A DNA stretch of 64,000 nt from an uncultured Chroococcidiopsis sp. (GTDB lineage Bacteria > Cyanobacteriota > Cyanobacteriia > Cyanobacteriales > Chroococcidiopsidaceae), in assembly GCA_964248365.1 (NCBI GenBank), contig CAXTYC010000002.1, positions 32,001-96,000 on the forward strand, in the 5' to 3' direction. Each line of letters opens with the position of its first letter. Position 1 is the first letter of the stretch. A model generated the notes under the pieces. The model saw only the letters and a program-made list of their open reading frames with translations, was not told where the DNA came from and ran no database searches. The position numbers and the translations under genes were made by a program. This document shows, piece by piece, positions 28,615 through 40,234 of this stretch.

Positions 28615-31600
28615 ATGGATAACAAACTCATGAATCAAAATCAACAATCAAATCTGTCCCAGCAAAGCTTAAATGAAAATACTGAGTCATTAAGAACTTA
28701 TGCGGGTCCACGATGGTTAGTAGAGGAAAGGGATGCTTGTGGTGTTGGTTTTATTGCTAACCGCGAGAACCTGGCAAGCCATGAACTGGTTTTGACAGCT
28801 TTGTCTGCTTTAACTTGTCTAGAACACCGAGGCGGTTGTAGTGCTGACTCTGATTCTGGTGATGGAGCTGGTGTTTTAACGGCAATTCCTTGGGAATTAT
28901 TACAACAGTCGTTGAACTGGCAGGGCATAGAAATACCGCCGCAAGAAAATTGTGCTGTGGCGATGGTTTTTTTACCCCAAGAGCCAGAAGTGGCACAATC
29001 CGGTCGTAAACTAATCGAGCAAGTTGTAGCCCAGGCTGGGCTTTCTGTAATCGGTTGGCGAGTAGTTCCAGTACAATCGCAGTTACTTGGTATCCAGGCA
29101 CGAGAGAACCAACCGCAAATCGAACAGGTAATTGTTAGCTCACAGGACAAAACCGGAGATGATTTAGAGCGGCAATTGTATATAGTTCGTCGTAGCATAC
29201 ATAGAGCAGCGGGGAAACAAAGCGATCGCTTTAAAATTGAAAATTTCTACATCTGCTCTTTCTCTAGTCGCACAATTGTTTACAAAGGCATGGTGCGAAG
29301 TGCTGTGTTGGGAGAATTTTATACAGACTTAAAAAATCCAGCTTACAAGAGTGCTTTTGCTGTTTACCATCGCCGCTTTAGCACTAACACTATGCCCAAG
29401 TGGCCCCTGGCTCAACCAATGCGTCTTTTGGGTCATAACGGTGAAATTAATACCCTGCTGGGTAACATCAATTGGATGATGGCGCGAGAGGCAGATTTAA
29501 AGCATCCGGTGTGGGAAAACCAATTAGATGCGCTCAAGCCGACTGTCAAAATTGATAACAGCGACTCAGCAACTTTAGACAACGTGTTTGAATTACTGGT
29601 ACACTCTGGTAGAAGCCCACTGGAAGCCTTAATGATTATGGTTCCAGAAGCTTACCAGAATCAGCCAGACTTAGACAAATATCCTGAAATTGTTGACTTT
29701 TACGAATACTACAGCGGTATTCAAGAGCCTTGGGATGGACCTGCACTGCTGGTATTTGGCGACGGTAAAAAAGTCGGCGCAACACTTGACCGCAACGGCT
29801 TGCGACCTGCTCGTTACAGCATTACTAAGAGCGGCTTGATCGTTGTAGCATCCGAGGCTGGTGTTGTAGATCTACCAGAAGCTGACATTATAGAGAAAGG
29901 TCGCTTGGGACCTGGGCAAATGATCGCCGTAGATTTAGAAACCCAAGAGGTACTGAAAAATTGGGAAATTAAGCAGCGGATTGCGAAGCTGCAACCATAC
30001 GGTCAGTGGCTGAAGCAATACCGAGTCGAATTAAAAGTTAAGAATGAAGAACAGAAGCGGGAATTAGTCGTAGGGAGTATGGATAACCAAGGAGGAGCTA
30101 GCCCAACTACTCCTCTACCCGAACCCTTAGCCCCCAAAACTTCTCTACTACGCCAGCAAATTGCTTTTGGCTACACCACAGAAGATGTGGAAATGGTGAT
30201 TCAGCCAATGGCAAGCGAGGGGAAAGAGCCAACTTTCTGTATGGGAGATGATATTCCCCTAGCGGTATTGTCGGAAAGACCCCACTTACTGTATGACTAC
30301 TTCAAGCAACGCTTTGCTCAGGTGACAAACCCAGCGATTGACCCCTTGCGGGAAAGCTTGGTGATGTCGTTAAAGATGGAACTGGGTGAAAGAGGAAATA
30401 TATTAGAGGCAAAGCCAGAATATGCAAGAAGGCTAAAGCTAAATTCACCCATTTTGACCGAGCCAGAGTTGGAAGCTATCAAGCAATCAGGGTTTGAATG
30501 CGCTTGTTTGTCAACGCTGTTTGAAATTGCAGCAGGTCCTCAAGGTCTAGAAGCAGCAGTGCGCTCTTTACAATCAGCAGCGGTTGAGGCTGTACGGGCT
30601 GGGAAAAAAATTCTGATTTTGAGCGATCGCACTTCTCACGATGTCGGTACCCAATACACATACATTCCGCCACTTTTAGCCGTAGGTGCAGTACACCACC
30701 ACTTGATCCGCGAAGGATTGCGGTTGAAAGCATCTTTGGTTGTAGATACAGCCCAATGCTGGAGTACACATCATTTTGGTTGTCTAATCGGTTATGGAGC
30801 AAGTTCGGTTTGTCCATATCTGACTTTGGCAACCGTAGAAAGTTGGTGGTCTGATCCCAAAACGCAACAATTTATGGAGCGGGGGAAAATCCCAGCAATT
30901 ACCTGGGAAAAGGCAAGAGAAAACTACCGTAAGGCAGTAGAAGGAGGATTATTAAAAATCCTGTCTAAGATGGGTATTTCCTTGCTTTCTAGCTACCAGG
31001 GAGCGCAAATTTTTGAAGCGATCGGTATTGGTCGAGATTTGTTGGATTTGGGCTTTTATGGCACAACCTCTCGGCTGGGTGGTTTAAGTGTCAGCGAACT
31101 TGCTCAAGAGGTGTTATCGTTCCATCAACGCGCCTTCCCAGAACTAACAATTAAGAAGCTAGAAAACTTCGGCTTTGTCCAGTATCGTCCAGGTGGCGAG
31201 TACCACATGAACAGCCCCGAACTAGCAAAGGCGTTGCATAAGGCTGTAGCAGATCCACAAAACTACAATCACTACGAAGTTTACAAGCAGCAACTGGAGA
31301 ATCGACCAGTAACTGCATTGCGTGACTTGTTGGATTTCCAATCAGATCGTTCTCCCATTCCATTAGAAGAAGTGGAGTCGGTAGCAGAAATTGTCAAACG
31401 CTTCTGTACGGGTGGGATGTCATTGGGGGCGCTATCGCGGGAAGCTCACGAAGTATTAGCGATCGCCATGAATCGACTTGGCGGTAAATCTAACTCCGGT
31501 GAAGGCGGAGAAGATCCAGTTCGCTACAAAGTTCTAGACGATGTGGATCAGTCGGGACATTCCCCACTACTACCCCATCTAAAAGGATTGCGCAATCGTG

Positions 31601-33354
31601 ATACAGCATCTAGTGCAATTAAGCAAGTAGCATCAGGACGATTTGGAGTTACGCCTGAGTACCTGATGAACGCAAGGCAAATTGAAATCAAAATTGCCCA
31701 AGGTGCGAAGCCAGGAGAAGGCGGACAGCTACCAGGTACAAAAGTCAGCCCCTACATTGCCATGTTGCGGCGTTCTAAGCCTGGGGTGACACTGATTTCA
31801 CCACCACCCCACCACGACATCTATTCGATTGAAGATCTGGCGCAGCTAATTTTTGACTTGCACCAAATTAATCCCAAAGCACAGGTGTCGGTGAAGTTGG
31901 TAGCAGAAGTTGGAATCGGGACGGTTGCGGCTGGTGTGGCTAAAGCCAATGCTGATATTATCCAAATTTCTGGTCACGATGGCGGTACGGGTGCATCGCC
32001 ACTAAGCTCGATTAAACACGCTGGTGGACCTTGGGAATTGGGATTAACCGAAGTGCATCGGGTACTGATGGAAAACCGATTGCGCGATCGCGTCATCCTG
32101 CGCGTCGATGGCGGCTTTAAGAGCGGCTGGGATGTCATGATGGGCGCTTTGATGGGTGGAGAAGAATATGGGTTCGGCTCCATCGCCATGATTGCTGAAG
32201 GCTGCATTATGGCGCGGATTTGCCATACTAATAACTGTCCTGTGGGTGTTGCTAGTCAGCGTGAAGATCTGCGGCAAAGGTTCCCAGGAATGCCCGAACA
32301 CGTAGTCAATTTCTTCTGCTATATAGCAGAGGAAGTGCGAAGTCTATTAGCACAATTTGGCTATCGTTCATTGTCAGAAGTAATTGGTCGTGCTGATTTG
32401 TTAAAAGTGCGAGAAAATATCCATCTGACTAAAACCCAGGCACTTAATCTAGATTGCATAACTAAGTTGCCCGATACTCGAAGCGATCGCACTTGGCTCA
32501 AACACGAAACCGTTCATAGCAATGGTGTGGTGTTAGACGATCAATTACTAGCTGATGGGGATATCCAAGCGGCTATTGCTTACTCCTCAAGTGTTACTAA
32601 AACTCATGAAGTGGTAAACACAGATCGGACAATTGGAGCTAGGTTAGCAGGAGCGATCGCAGCTCAATATGGTAACACTGGTTTTGAAGGGCAAATTAAC
32701 CTCAACTTCAAAGGCAGTGTAGGTCAAAGCTTTGGTGCTTTCAACCTCCCATGCATGACATTGAGACTCGAAGGTGAAGCTAATGACTACGTAGGTAAAG
32801 GAATGCACGGTGGAGAAATCATTATTAAACCACTAGCATCAGCAACTTATGCACCTGATGAGAACGTAATCGTGGGTAATACCTGTCTCTACGGTGCGAC
32901 TGGCGGTTTCCTATTTGCCAACGGTTTGGCTGGTGAGCGGTTTGCTGTGCGTAACTCCAAGGGAACAGCAGTAATTGAAGGTGCAGGCGATCACTGCTGC
33001 GAGTACATGACTGGTGGCGTAATTGTCGTCCTGGGTAAAGTTGGCAGAAACGTCGGTGCTGGGATGACTGGTGGTTTAGCTTACTTCTTGGATGAAGATG
33101 GCAATTTCCCAGAATTAGTTAACCATGAAATTGTCAAGCTGCAACGGGTAATTACTCCATCCGGTGAGCAACAATTGCAAGAGTTAATTCAAGCTCATGC
33201 AGAACGTACTGGCTCACCCAAGGCAAAGCAAATTCTTGAGAATTGGTCAGAATATCTACCTCAATTCTGGCAAGTTGTACCACCTTCTGAGGCTGATAGC
33301 CCTGAAGCTAATCCTAATGCAGTGGTAGAAAAAGAGCTAAGTCCGGTTCAGTAA
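28615..33354 (+). CDS. glsF: Ferredoxin-dependent glutamate synthase (GltB/GlsF)
   Basis: ERDACGVG (Ntn Cys), [26 protein letters not shown] (3Fe-4S) and GXGXG repeats; no adjacent gltD. Confidence 0.95.
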   Translation: MDNKLMNQNQQSNLSQQSLNENTESLRTYAGPRWLVEERDACGVGFIANRENLASHELVLTALSALTCLEHRGGCSADSDSGDGAGVLTAIPWELLQQSLNWQGIEIPPQENCAVAMVFLPQEPEVAQSGRKLIEQVVAQAGLSVIGWRVVPVQSQLLGIQARENQPQIEQVIVSSQDKTGDDLERQLYIVRRSIHRAAGKQSDRFKIENFYICSFSSRTIVYKGMVRSAVLGEFYTDLKNPAYKSAFAVYHRRFSTNTMPKWPLAQPMRLLGHNGEINTLLGNINWMMAREADLKHPVWENQLDALKPTVKIDNSDSATLDNVFELLVHSGRSPLEALMIMVPEAYQNQPDLDKYPEIVDFYEYYSGIQEPWDGPALLVFGDGKKVGATLDRNGLRPARYSITKSGLIVVASEAGVVDLPEADIIEKGRLGPGQMIAVDLETQEVLKNWEIKQRIAKLQPYGQWLKQYRVELKVKNEEQKRELVVGSMDNQGGASPTTPLPEPLAPKTSLLRQQIAFGYTTEDVEMVIQPMASEGKEPTFCMGDDIPLAVLSERPHLLYDYFKQRFAQVTNPAIDPLRESLVMSLKMELGERGNILEAKPEYARRLKLNSPILTEPELEAIKQSGFECACLSTLFEIAAGPQGLEAAVRSLQSAAVEAVRAGKKILILSDRTSHDVGTQYTYIPPLLAVGAVHHHLIREGLRLKASLVVDTAQCWSTHHFGCLIGYGASSVCPYLTLATVESWWSDPKTQQFMERGKIPAITWEKARENYRKAVEGGLLKILSKMGISLLSSYQGAQIFEAIGIGRDLLDLGFYGTTSRLGGLSVSELAQEVLSFHQRAFPELTIKKLENFGFVQYRPGGEYHMNSPELAKALHKAVADPQNYNHYEVYKQQLENRPVTALRDLLDFQSDRSPIPLEEVESVAEIVKRFCTGGMSLGALSREAHEVLAIAMNRLGGKSNSGEGGEDPVRYKVLDDVDQSGHSPLLPHLKGLRNRDTASSAIKQVASGRFGVTPEYLMNARQIEIKIAQGAKPGEGGQLPGTKVSPYIAMLRRSKPGVTLISPPPHHDIYSIEDLAQLIFDLHQINPKAQVSVKLVAEVGIGTVAAGVAKANADIIQISGHDGGTGASPLSSIKHAGGPWELGLTEVHRVLMENRLRDRVILRVDGGFKSGWDVMMGALMGGEEYGFGSIAMIAEGCIMARICHTNNCPVGVASQREDLRQRFPGMPEHVVNFFCYIAEEVRSLLAQFGYRSLSEVIGRADLLKVRENIHLTKTQALNLDCITKLPDTRSDRTWLKHETVHSNGVVLDDQLLADGDIQAAIAYSSSVTKTHEVVNTDRTIGARLAGAIAAQYGNTGFEGQINLNFKGSVGQSFGAFNLPCMTLRLEGEANDYVGKGMHGGEIIIKPLASATYAPDENVIVGNTCLYGATGGFLFANGLAGERFAVRNSKGTAVIEGAGDHCCEYMTGGVIVVLGKVGRNVGAGMTGGLAYFLDEDGNFPELVNHEIVKLQRVITPSGEQQLQELIQAHAERTGSPKAKQILENWSEYLPQFWQVVPPSEADSPEANPNAVVEKELSPVQ

Positions 33355-33377
33355 AACCAGGATATCAGATTAGACAG

Positions 33378-33422
33378 ATCCCTCCTTGCATCTACAACAG
33401 TAGCAAGGAGGGATTTTTGTTT
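33378..33422 (+). terminator. Intrinsic terminator after glsF
   Basis: Stem ATCCCTCCTTGC / GCAAGGAGGGAT followed by TTTTGTTT. Confidence 0.8.
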
Positions 33423-34049
33423 CGCGCAAAGGCGCAAAGGCGCGATCGTTCGGACGCAAAAAGGAGCGCGCTGCGTACTTTATGCAAGAAGTCTATTGAT
33501 GTCATAGAGTAACATCAATAGTTATTATTCTTATCTCTGATATACAATCCTTGTTGCAGGGCAAAATAAAGAAAATAAAGAATTAAAATTTTTGCTTTAA
33601 ATAGATAATTTTGATATTTTGATACATAATACTATCGAATATCACTGACATAATTAGTATCAATAACAGCTACCAAAGCGCTCATATACATAGTAATTGC
33701 TAAGACTTATAGCGTTCTTAATTGGCAATTGTGTCAGACAAAAGCTAGATCCACTTTTAAATAAATGCTGAAATTTTCAACTGAGTAAGCGAAATCCGAT
33801 TGCTTACACAGTAGCACTTTGGTTATGCCTGCTTAAACTATTCCAACAGACGAATACTTACTGCATTGTACTTCAACCCAGTAGCTCCCAGAGGGGCGTA
33901 AGACCATGATTAACAAGCGCTGATTGTTGGTGTAAATAGTTACTTAAACAGTTGTAGTTAAAAACATTATGAGCAAATCAACTACTGTTGACTAAAAATT
34001 GATTTAGATTTGTAATCTCTATTAGTAAAGAATTATTGAGGTTTCTAAA

Positions 34050-35354
34050 ATGGGAGAACCGTACCCTCTTCAGAATGACCAAACTCCTAAGGATAGTTAC
34101 AATATCACTTATCAAAACATTTATCGTAACTTTAGAAAATCATCGATTAATATTGCTTCAGGCAGAAGCGATCGCCAAATTATTCATCAAGCTATTCCAT
34201 CAACACAAATATTAGAGAAACTTTCTCTACTCATTCTGAAATCTCTTAACCAGGAAAATTACCTAGAAACGCTACTTCTCTTGATTCGACAAGAACTCAA
34301 AGCGGATCGCGTAGTCATTTGTCGCTTGAAAACTGATGGAAGTGGAACAATTGTGGCAGAATCTGTCGCGTCGGGCTTGCCACAAGCCCTAAACCATCAA
34401 ATTGACGATCCTTGTTGCCATCACAATCTAGAGCAGCATCACAGTGGTATCGTTCATGCTACCAATAACATTTATGAAGCAGGATTGACAGACGATTACA
34501 TCAAAACCTTAGAGCAATTTGCTGTCAAGGCTAATCTAGCCAGTCCGATTATCAACGACAACAAGGTGCTAGGTTTACTAATGGCACATCAATGTTCACA
34601 AGAGCGTTCATGGCAGGTAGCTGAAATTGAATTATTTGGGCAAATAGCTACACAGCTAGGCTTTGCTCTGGGATATACAGCCTTATTAGAACAGCGACAA
34701 GCCGCAGCGAAGCAAGCACAAATAATCACAGATACTACCCACCTGATTCGTCAGTGTGTGAAAGTCAAAGACATCCTCAATACAACTGTCACCCAAGTTA
34801 GACTTGCCCTGCAAGCGGATAGGGTGATAGTCTATCGCTTTCAAAGTGATTGGAGTGGAACCGTAGCGGCAGAATCGATTGCTCCTGGTTGTCCACAAGC
34901 CCTTAATCATCAAATCGACGATTCTTATTTTCGAGAACGTTATGCACAACTTTATCGTAGTGGTGATGTGTGTGCGATCGCCAATATCTACAAAGCAGGG
35001 CTAACACCTTATCACATTAGTAGTTTGGAACGCTTTGCTGTCAAAAGCAAATTAATTACGCCGATTGTGAAGGATAGAAAGTTATTTGGCTTGCTAATTG
35101 CCCATCAGTGTCTCAGTTTTCGCTCGTGGGAGGAGTCTGAGATAGACTTATGCGCTCAAATCGCCACTCAAGTAGGCTTTGCGCTCGAACAAGCAGACCT
35201 ACGGGCAAAGATGGAACAAATTACCCAAATAGCCACACAAGATTTTGAGATGGAACAGGCGGGGTGGGAAATCGAACAAATACCCACAGAAGTTGAAATT
35301 TTGGCCCAAGAAAACGATCACGATGCCACAGTTACTTTTATTGAACATTCTTAG
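34050..35354 (+). CDS. Tandem CBCR-type GAF-GAF protein with no output domain
   Basis: Two repeats of L.ADRV.....DxSGT..AES...NIY.AGL...LE.FAVK..L..P...GLL.AHQC...R.W. Confidence 0.85.
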   Translation: MGEPYPLQNDQTPKDSYNITYQNIYRNFRKSSINIASGRSDRQIIHQAIPSTQILEKLSLLILKSLNQENYLETLLLLIRQELKADRVVICRLKTDGSGTIVAESVASGLPQALNHQIDDPCCHHNLEQHHSGIVHATNNIYEAGLTDDYIKTLEQFAVKANLASPIINDNKVLGLLMAHQCSQERSWQVAEIELFGQIATQLGFALGYTALLEQRQAAAKQAQIITDTTHLIRQCVKVKDILNTTVTQVRLALQADRVIVYRFQSDWSGTVAAESIAPGCPQALNHQIDDSYFRERYAQLYRSGDVCAIANIYKAGLTPYHISSLERFAVKSKLITPIVKDRKLFGLLIAHQCLSFRSWEESEIDLCAQIATQVGFALEQADLRAKMEQITQIATQDFEMEQAGWEIEQIPTEVEILAQENDHDATVTFIEHS

Positions 35355-35572
35355 GAGTCAGGAATCAGTAGGTGAGAAGTCAGGAGTCAGGAGACAGGAG
35401 TTGTGAAGAGTTTAATTACTTATGAACCCTGCCATAGCTTCCCCTGCTGTCTTCTGTATTCTGTCTCCTGTATTCTGTCTTCTGTCTTCTTTTTCGCTAA
35501 CGAGGCGAAAATTAATCACTTATCGGTTTAGCACTCGAACTCAATAATTCCTTACTTCCTATCGGAGAAGCC

Positions 35573-36844
35573 ATGCCCACACCAGGTAAGCTCGAATTAA
35601 CTGTGAAGATGAACGAGTTTCCGACTAATGTAAAGACGATTGAAAATGGCTGGAAGCAGTTTGAAGTTGACATGGATGGGCGGAAAGTTACGCTCACCCT
35701 GAAACCCAAAGTCTTTGACAAGTTGGAGCAGGCACAAAAAAACTATCCCCAAGGAGTGGCAAAAATAGTCGGGCAGATGGGAGAAAAGTCAGATACAGGT
35801 TTTGTGCTAAAAGGCTGTGACGTGAATGTTTATTCTCAAAATAATTACCAGCGTCAAACCGTTAATAAAAACTCTTATTCTGGTAATTCGAGCAAGGCTA
35901 ATAATACATTTACAGCAAAGCATCGTCTTTATACTGGCGAAACCTTAAGCGGGCAGCAACTAATTCTCAAGCTGGTAAAATCAATTTTTCCCTTAATTGT
36001 ACCCTGGTTACTCTTTTTAAGTGGGTATGGTTTTTTCATAACATTTCTTTACGGAGTCGGTTGGCTCACCACATTTCCACAGGAGAGCGATGCTATCACT
36101 AGAGCCGTCTTGATTTTCAATATTGGCTTACCTTTATTATTAGTTTTTCGGACAAATACAGCCCATCAGCGATTTTGGGAAGGTCGTCAACTGTGGGGTA
36201 GTTTAGTCAACACAATTCGTAACTTGACTCGTGGTATTTGGATAATAGTTAAAGAGCAGTCCGAGCAAGATCGAGTAGAAAAAGAGGCAACACTTAAGCT
36301 AATTGTTGCTTTTGCAGTAGCGATGAAGTTACATCTGAGGGCAGAGCCTGTCAATGATGAGTTAGCATCATTGATGTCCGAAACTCAGTATTTCAAACTT
36401 AAATATGCTCATCACCCCCCCTTACAAATAGCCTTCTGGATTGAGGATTATTTGCAGGTTCAGCATAACCTGAATCGTATAGATGTCCATCAGTTGATCT
36501 CTTTACATAGATTGGTGGATCAACTGGTAGATATTTTGGGTGGCTGCGAACGCATTTTGAAAACACCGCTACCCTTGATATATCCTCTTATACTCAGGAA
36601 GTTAGTAATAATTTATTGCCTAATATTGCCTTTTGAAATAGTTAAAGAATGGACTTGGGTTACTAGCACAATAACAACTTTTGTCGGGTTTGTTTTATTA
36701 AGTATTGACCAAATTGGTTCCGAAATTGAAGAACCTTTCGGACATAATTTAAATGACTTACCCTTAGATACAATCTGCAAAACAATATTACGGAATACTG
36801 AAGACTTAATCGCGCTTGCTCCTAATAGCGATAGTTCCCGTTGA
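35573..36844 (+). CDS. Bestrophin (YneE/VCCN-like) anion channel with an extra N-terminal soluble domain
   Basis: LLVFRTNTA..RFWEGR..WG, GCERILKTPLP and EIEEPFG...NDLPLD, preceded by an ~90-aa domain GKLELTVKMNEFP..ENGWKQF. Confidence 0.88.
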   Translation: MPTPGKLELTVKMNEFPTNVKTIENGWKQFEVDMDGRKVTLTLKPKVFDKLEQAQKNYPQGVAKIVGQMGEKSDTGFVLKGCDVNVYSQNNYQRQTVNKNSYSGNSSKANNTFTAKHRLYTGETLSGQQLILKLVKSIFPLIVPWLLFLSGYGFFITFLYGVGWLTTFPQESDAITRAVLIFNIGLPLLLVFRTNTAHQRFWEGRQLWGSLVNTIRNLTRGIWIIVKEQSEQDRVEKEATLKLIVAFAVAMKLHLRAEPVNDELASLMSETQYFKLKYAHHPPLQIAFWIEDYLQVQHNLNRIDVHQLISLHRLVDQLVDILGGCERILKTPLPLIYPLILRKLVIIYCLILPFEIVKEWTWVTSTITTFVGFVLLSIDQIGSEIEEPFGHNLNDLPLDTICKTILRNTEDLIALAPNSDSSR

Positions 36845-37048
36845 AGATAGTATTTTCTGTGTGGTTTTAGCAGCTGAGCAAATTACCATACTTGAGTGTA
36901 GGAAGACAGTGCTAGGGGTGAGGAAGTGGTAAATAAAATTCAACTAAGCGAAAACAGTTGAGTTTTGTATATTAAATTTGGTCTAAGTATCAAATTACAA
37001 TAATTATTCTAAGTGAACCACTTCAAACGGTTTGGAATCATTACTCAG

Positions 37049-37201
37049 ATATAGGATTACTATTTAATTTTTAAACAAATACGTAGGGTGTGTTAGCGCT
37101 ACTCGTAACACACCCTAGCCTGAATAATCGTGCGTTACGCTAAACGAAGATCGCACCCTACAAATACTAATTTTATTCAAAAATCAAAGCGACTTTCTAT
37201 A
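37049..37201. mobile_element. Degenerate MITE-like / palindromic repeat
   Basis: Ends TATAGGATTACTATTTAATTTTTAAAC / TTCAAAAATCAAAGCGACTTTCTATA; internal AGGGTGTGTT..AACACACCCT hairpin and a GTAGGGTG..CACCCTAC pair. Confidence 0.55.
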
Positions 37202-37388
37202 GAAGAAAAAGTTACTAATCAAGTGTTAATATCTGTTTCAAGCAAAGACGCTCAGCAGCAAAAGTAAGCGTTGCACAATGTTATAAATCAAGCCCTTGCT
37301 TTTTGTACTTATAAATCAGCGGTTTTCCATATTCATCTAGTTTCGACTGTCGTGATTCAAGCTCAAGCTACTCAACTTCATCAAACTT

Positions 37389-37550
37389 AGATCTTGCACC
37401 TATCCCATAGTCCGCCTGCTAATTAATAGCACGCTTATAGCCAAAGTCTTCTTAAGAAGACTAACATACGGCTGCAGTCCATTTCAATGGACTTGAGCTA
37501 TTAGCCCGAAAAAGAAGTAAGGGGCGGTTATTGAAACTGGTGCAATATGT
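37389..37550. mobile_element. MITE/REP-like element (AGATCTTGCACC family)
   Basis: Ends AGATCTTGCACC / GGTGCAATATGT; internal palindromes AGTCTTCTTAAGAAGACT and AGTCCATTTCAATGGACT. A related copy begins at 59203. Confidence 0.65.
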
Positions 37551-38045
37551 AAATCAAACCAACAAGCCCAAGCTGCCTGAAAATCTTTTTGATGATTTTC
37601 AGAAGTAGAATTGGTGTTAATTTTTGCTACGCCAGAGTTTTGAATAATTAATTCTCTTGTCTGTACTTAGATTTTAAACGTTTATATGTTAGCAAACGAA
37701 CAATTCGATTACTTTCATAACCCATTTCTTTTGTAACTGCTCGTCTAAAATCAGTAAAGTGTTTAAGGTCGTCGCTATCAGCACTTGCAGGGTTTGCTTG
37801 AGTTTTTACAATTCTTTCATTGCTATACCGTAGTTGGCATAATTGCATCCAACTTCTATAACTGGGTGCGATCGCCTCGCTAGTTCCCTAGACCATTGCC
37901 AGCCCCGTCTTGTCAAGCTAAATTTATCTCATCTGTGAACAGCTCTAATTGAGCATTGGCAAACAAAAGCTGTTCACAGCTTGTAGGTATACTGATGCCA
38001 ATGCACAGCAAAAAGCACTTAATTAGGAATATTAGGGGTGAGGAT

Positions 38046-39494
38046 GTGGCAAAAATCCAACTGATAGATAGGCTGCGACTCGGAGGGGCGGTTTTAACTG
38101 CAAAGACAGTAACTTTCATCGTGCGATCGCTAAAACTAGGTGCAGCCAGCGTGTTACCTGGAGAAATTGCTCGTCGTCTACAGCCAAAGTTACTGCAACT
38201 ACTGAGTTCTCAAGTAAAGCTTGGTGTAATTCTGATTGCTGGAACAAACGGCAAAACTACTACCTCGCTGCTGTTACGTACCATGCTAGAAAACAAAGGT
38301 TGGCGCGTTGCACACAATGCTACAGGCGCAAATTTGGAAAATGGCTTGATGACGACCCTGCTGGAAAATACCAACTTGATCGGACAGTTGAATGCAGATT
38401 ACGCGATTCTGGAAGTAGACGAGAATGTCGTACCCAAGGTTTTGCGACCGATTCAACCCCAAGTGATCCTCGGTTTGAATCTATTTCGAGATCAACTTGA
38501 TAGATATGGCGAGGTAGATACGATTAGTCAAAGATGGAAAGAGGCGATCGCTTCCTTACCTCCAGAAACTGTAATAATTGTCAATGCTGATGACCCTACT
38601 CTCTCATACATGGGTCAACAACTGTCTCAAAATGTCTTATTTTTTGGTCTGAGTGAACCCGAACAGTATCTAGATGAAATTCCCCATGCCGTAGACTCAA
38701 TTTATTGTCCCAGCTGCGGACATCCGCTGGAGTATAAAGGCGTTTACCTATCTCATTTGGGCGATTATAACTGTCCTAGTTGCGGATTTCACAAAGGACA
38801 ACTGGCAGTTAATAGTAATGACTACCCCCAGATCTTAATTGGATTATACAACAAGTACAACACTTTAGCAGCCGTGCTAGCTGCCCAACAACTCGGTGTA
38901 GATGAAGCGACTATCCGTGATACAATTACCAACTTCCAAGCAGCTTTTGGACGTGCGGAAGAGTTGGAAGTAAACGGCAAGCACGTAAGGATTCTCTTAT
39001 CTAAAAATCCTGTAGGGATGAACGAAACAATCCGTGCTGTGAATCAGGCAAGAGGTGAGAGGCGAGAGGCAAGAGGCGAGGAAGAGGGCAGGGGGGCAGA
39101 GGGGCAGAGGGGCAGAGGGGACAACTACCAACTACCAACTACCAATTACCAATTACCAATTACCAAACCTTCACCTGTACTGCTAGTGTTGAACGATCGC
39201 ATCCCAGATGGTACAGATGTGTCATGGATTTGGGATGTGGACACGGAAAAATTAGTAGAACAAGGTGGAACTTTGGTAGTGAGTGGCGATCGCGTTTACG
39301 ATATGGCTTTGCGTTTACGCTACAGCCAGCCGGATGGTAACAATAATATGCAACTGATTGTCAAAGAAGATTTGAAAGAAGCGATCGCCACTGCTTTAGA
39401 ACACACATCAGCCAATGAAACTTTGCATATTTTGCCGACTTATTCAGCCATGCTTGAAGTCCGAGAAATTCTGACTGGACGTAAGATTTTGTAA
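38046..39494 (+). CDS. murT: MurT-type Mur ligase with DUF1727 domain
   Basis: AGTNGKTTT, EVDE, NLFRDQLDRYGE, two CPSC motifs, LSKNP.G and DGTDVSWIWD. The GTG at 38046 follows GAGGA. Confidence 0.9.
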   Translation: MAKIQLIDRLRLGGAVLTAKTVTFIVRSLKLGAASVLPGEIARRLQPKLLQLLSSQVKLGVILIAGTNGKTTTSLLLRTMLENKGWRVAHNATGANLENGLMTTLLENTNLIGQLNADYAILEVDENVVPKVLRPIQPQVILGLNLFRDQLDRYGEVDTISQRWKEAIASLPPETVIIVNADDPTLSYMGQQLSQNVLFFGLSEPEQYLDEIPHAVDSIYCPSCGHPLEYKGVYLSHLGDYNCPSCGFHKGQLAVNSNDYPQILIGLYNKYNTLAAVLAAQQLGVDEATIRDTITNFQAAFGRAEELEVNGKHVRILLSKNPVGMNETIRAVNQARGERREARGEEEGRGAEGQRGRGDNYQLPTTNYQLPITKPSPVLLVLNDRIPDGTDVSWIWDVDTEKLVEQGGTLVVSGDRVYDMALRLRYSQPDGNNNMQLIVKEDLKEAIATALEHTSANETLHILPTYSAMLEVREILTGRKIL

Positions 39495-39526
39495 AGTTTA
39501 GTAGTTTTGCTGGTTGTTTAGTTACT

Positions 39527-40228
39527 ATGACACTATCGCAGCAAGAAAAAGAGTTAGCTGCTGAGATTAATTTTGATGAAGAAGTTTTTGAGATTATCAA
39601 AAAAGAATGTTCAGCCGAAATACAAAAACTTCATTTAGTAGAAGAAGTGTTTTTTAAAGATGAGGAAATTAGCAACTTGAATGAAGTTTTACCAGAACAT
39701 TATCTCGACTTCTATCATGATGATTATGGAGGTAGTATTGTAGTCGAAGGATTATCTGTTATTGTTTATGCTGAAGAACCAAGACAAACTTTCTTCAGAT
39801 TAAAACATCTATTAGCCATGAAAGGCTATACGATCTATTCTGATGGAAGAATCGATTTGACTCAAAAAAGTTTAATAGGAAACATCTGCTTTAAAAGCAT
39901 AATAAAGCTATTTAAATTAAAGTTGAGAATAGAAATATTTAGGTGTAAAGATAAATTAAATATTATTAAAACTAAGCAAACTAATGGTTGGAATTATGAT
40001 GTTTCTACCAAAGATATAATTAATAAATTTAAAAAATGGCAAGAAATTAGTAATTTTGAAATTATATTTGCTTCCAATAGTAGCTTGCTTCTACAATTTA
40101 CAGGATTTCCCAAAGACCTAGAAGATTTTGCACGAGAAGTTTATGAATTATGTCCTGATGTTCAAGACCCTAAAAAAGTAATAAAAGAAATAACAAAATA
40201 CAAATGTCTTTATCTTTCGTGGGATTAA
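39527..40228 (+). CDS. DUF4253-like protein, AT-rich
   Basis: TNGWNYD.....II....W, FAREVYELCPD and a terminal L.WD; visibly A/T-rich with no HIP1 site. Confidence 0.7.
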   Translation: MTLSQQEKELAAEINFDEEVFEIIKKECSAEIQKLHLVEEVFFKDEEISNLNEVLPEHYLDFYHDDYGGSIVVEGLSVIVYAEEPRQTFFRLKHLLAMKGYTIYSDGRIDLTQKSLIGNICFKSIIKLFKLKLRIEIFRCKDKLNIIKTKQTNGWNYDVSTKDIINKFKKWQEISNFEIIFASNSSLLLQFTGFPKDLEDFAREVYELCPDVQDPKKVIKEITKYKCLYLSWD

Positions 40229-40234
40229 AAATTG

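Noticed and set aside
37648..37848. 66-aa minus-strand ORF upstream of murT
   Set aside because: No recognisable motif or clear RBS; I cannot support it as a gene, though it is not excluded.
37956..38045. N-terminal extension of MurT in the ORF track
   Set aside because: The GTG at 38046 has an RBS-like sequence and fits the expected family start better.
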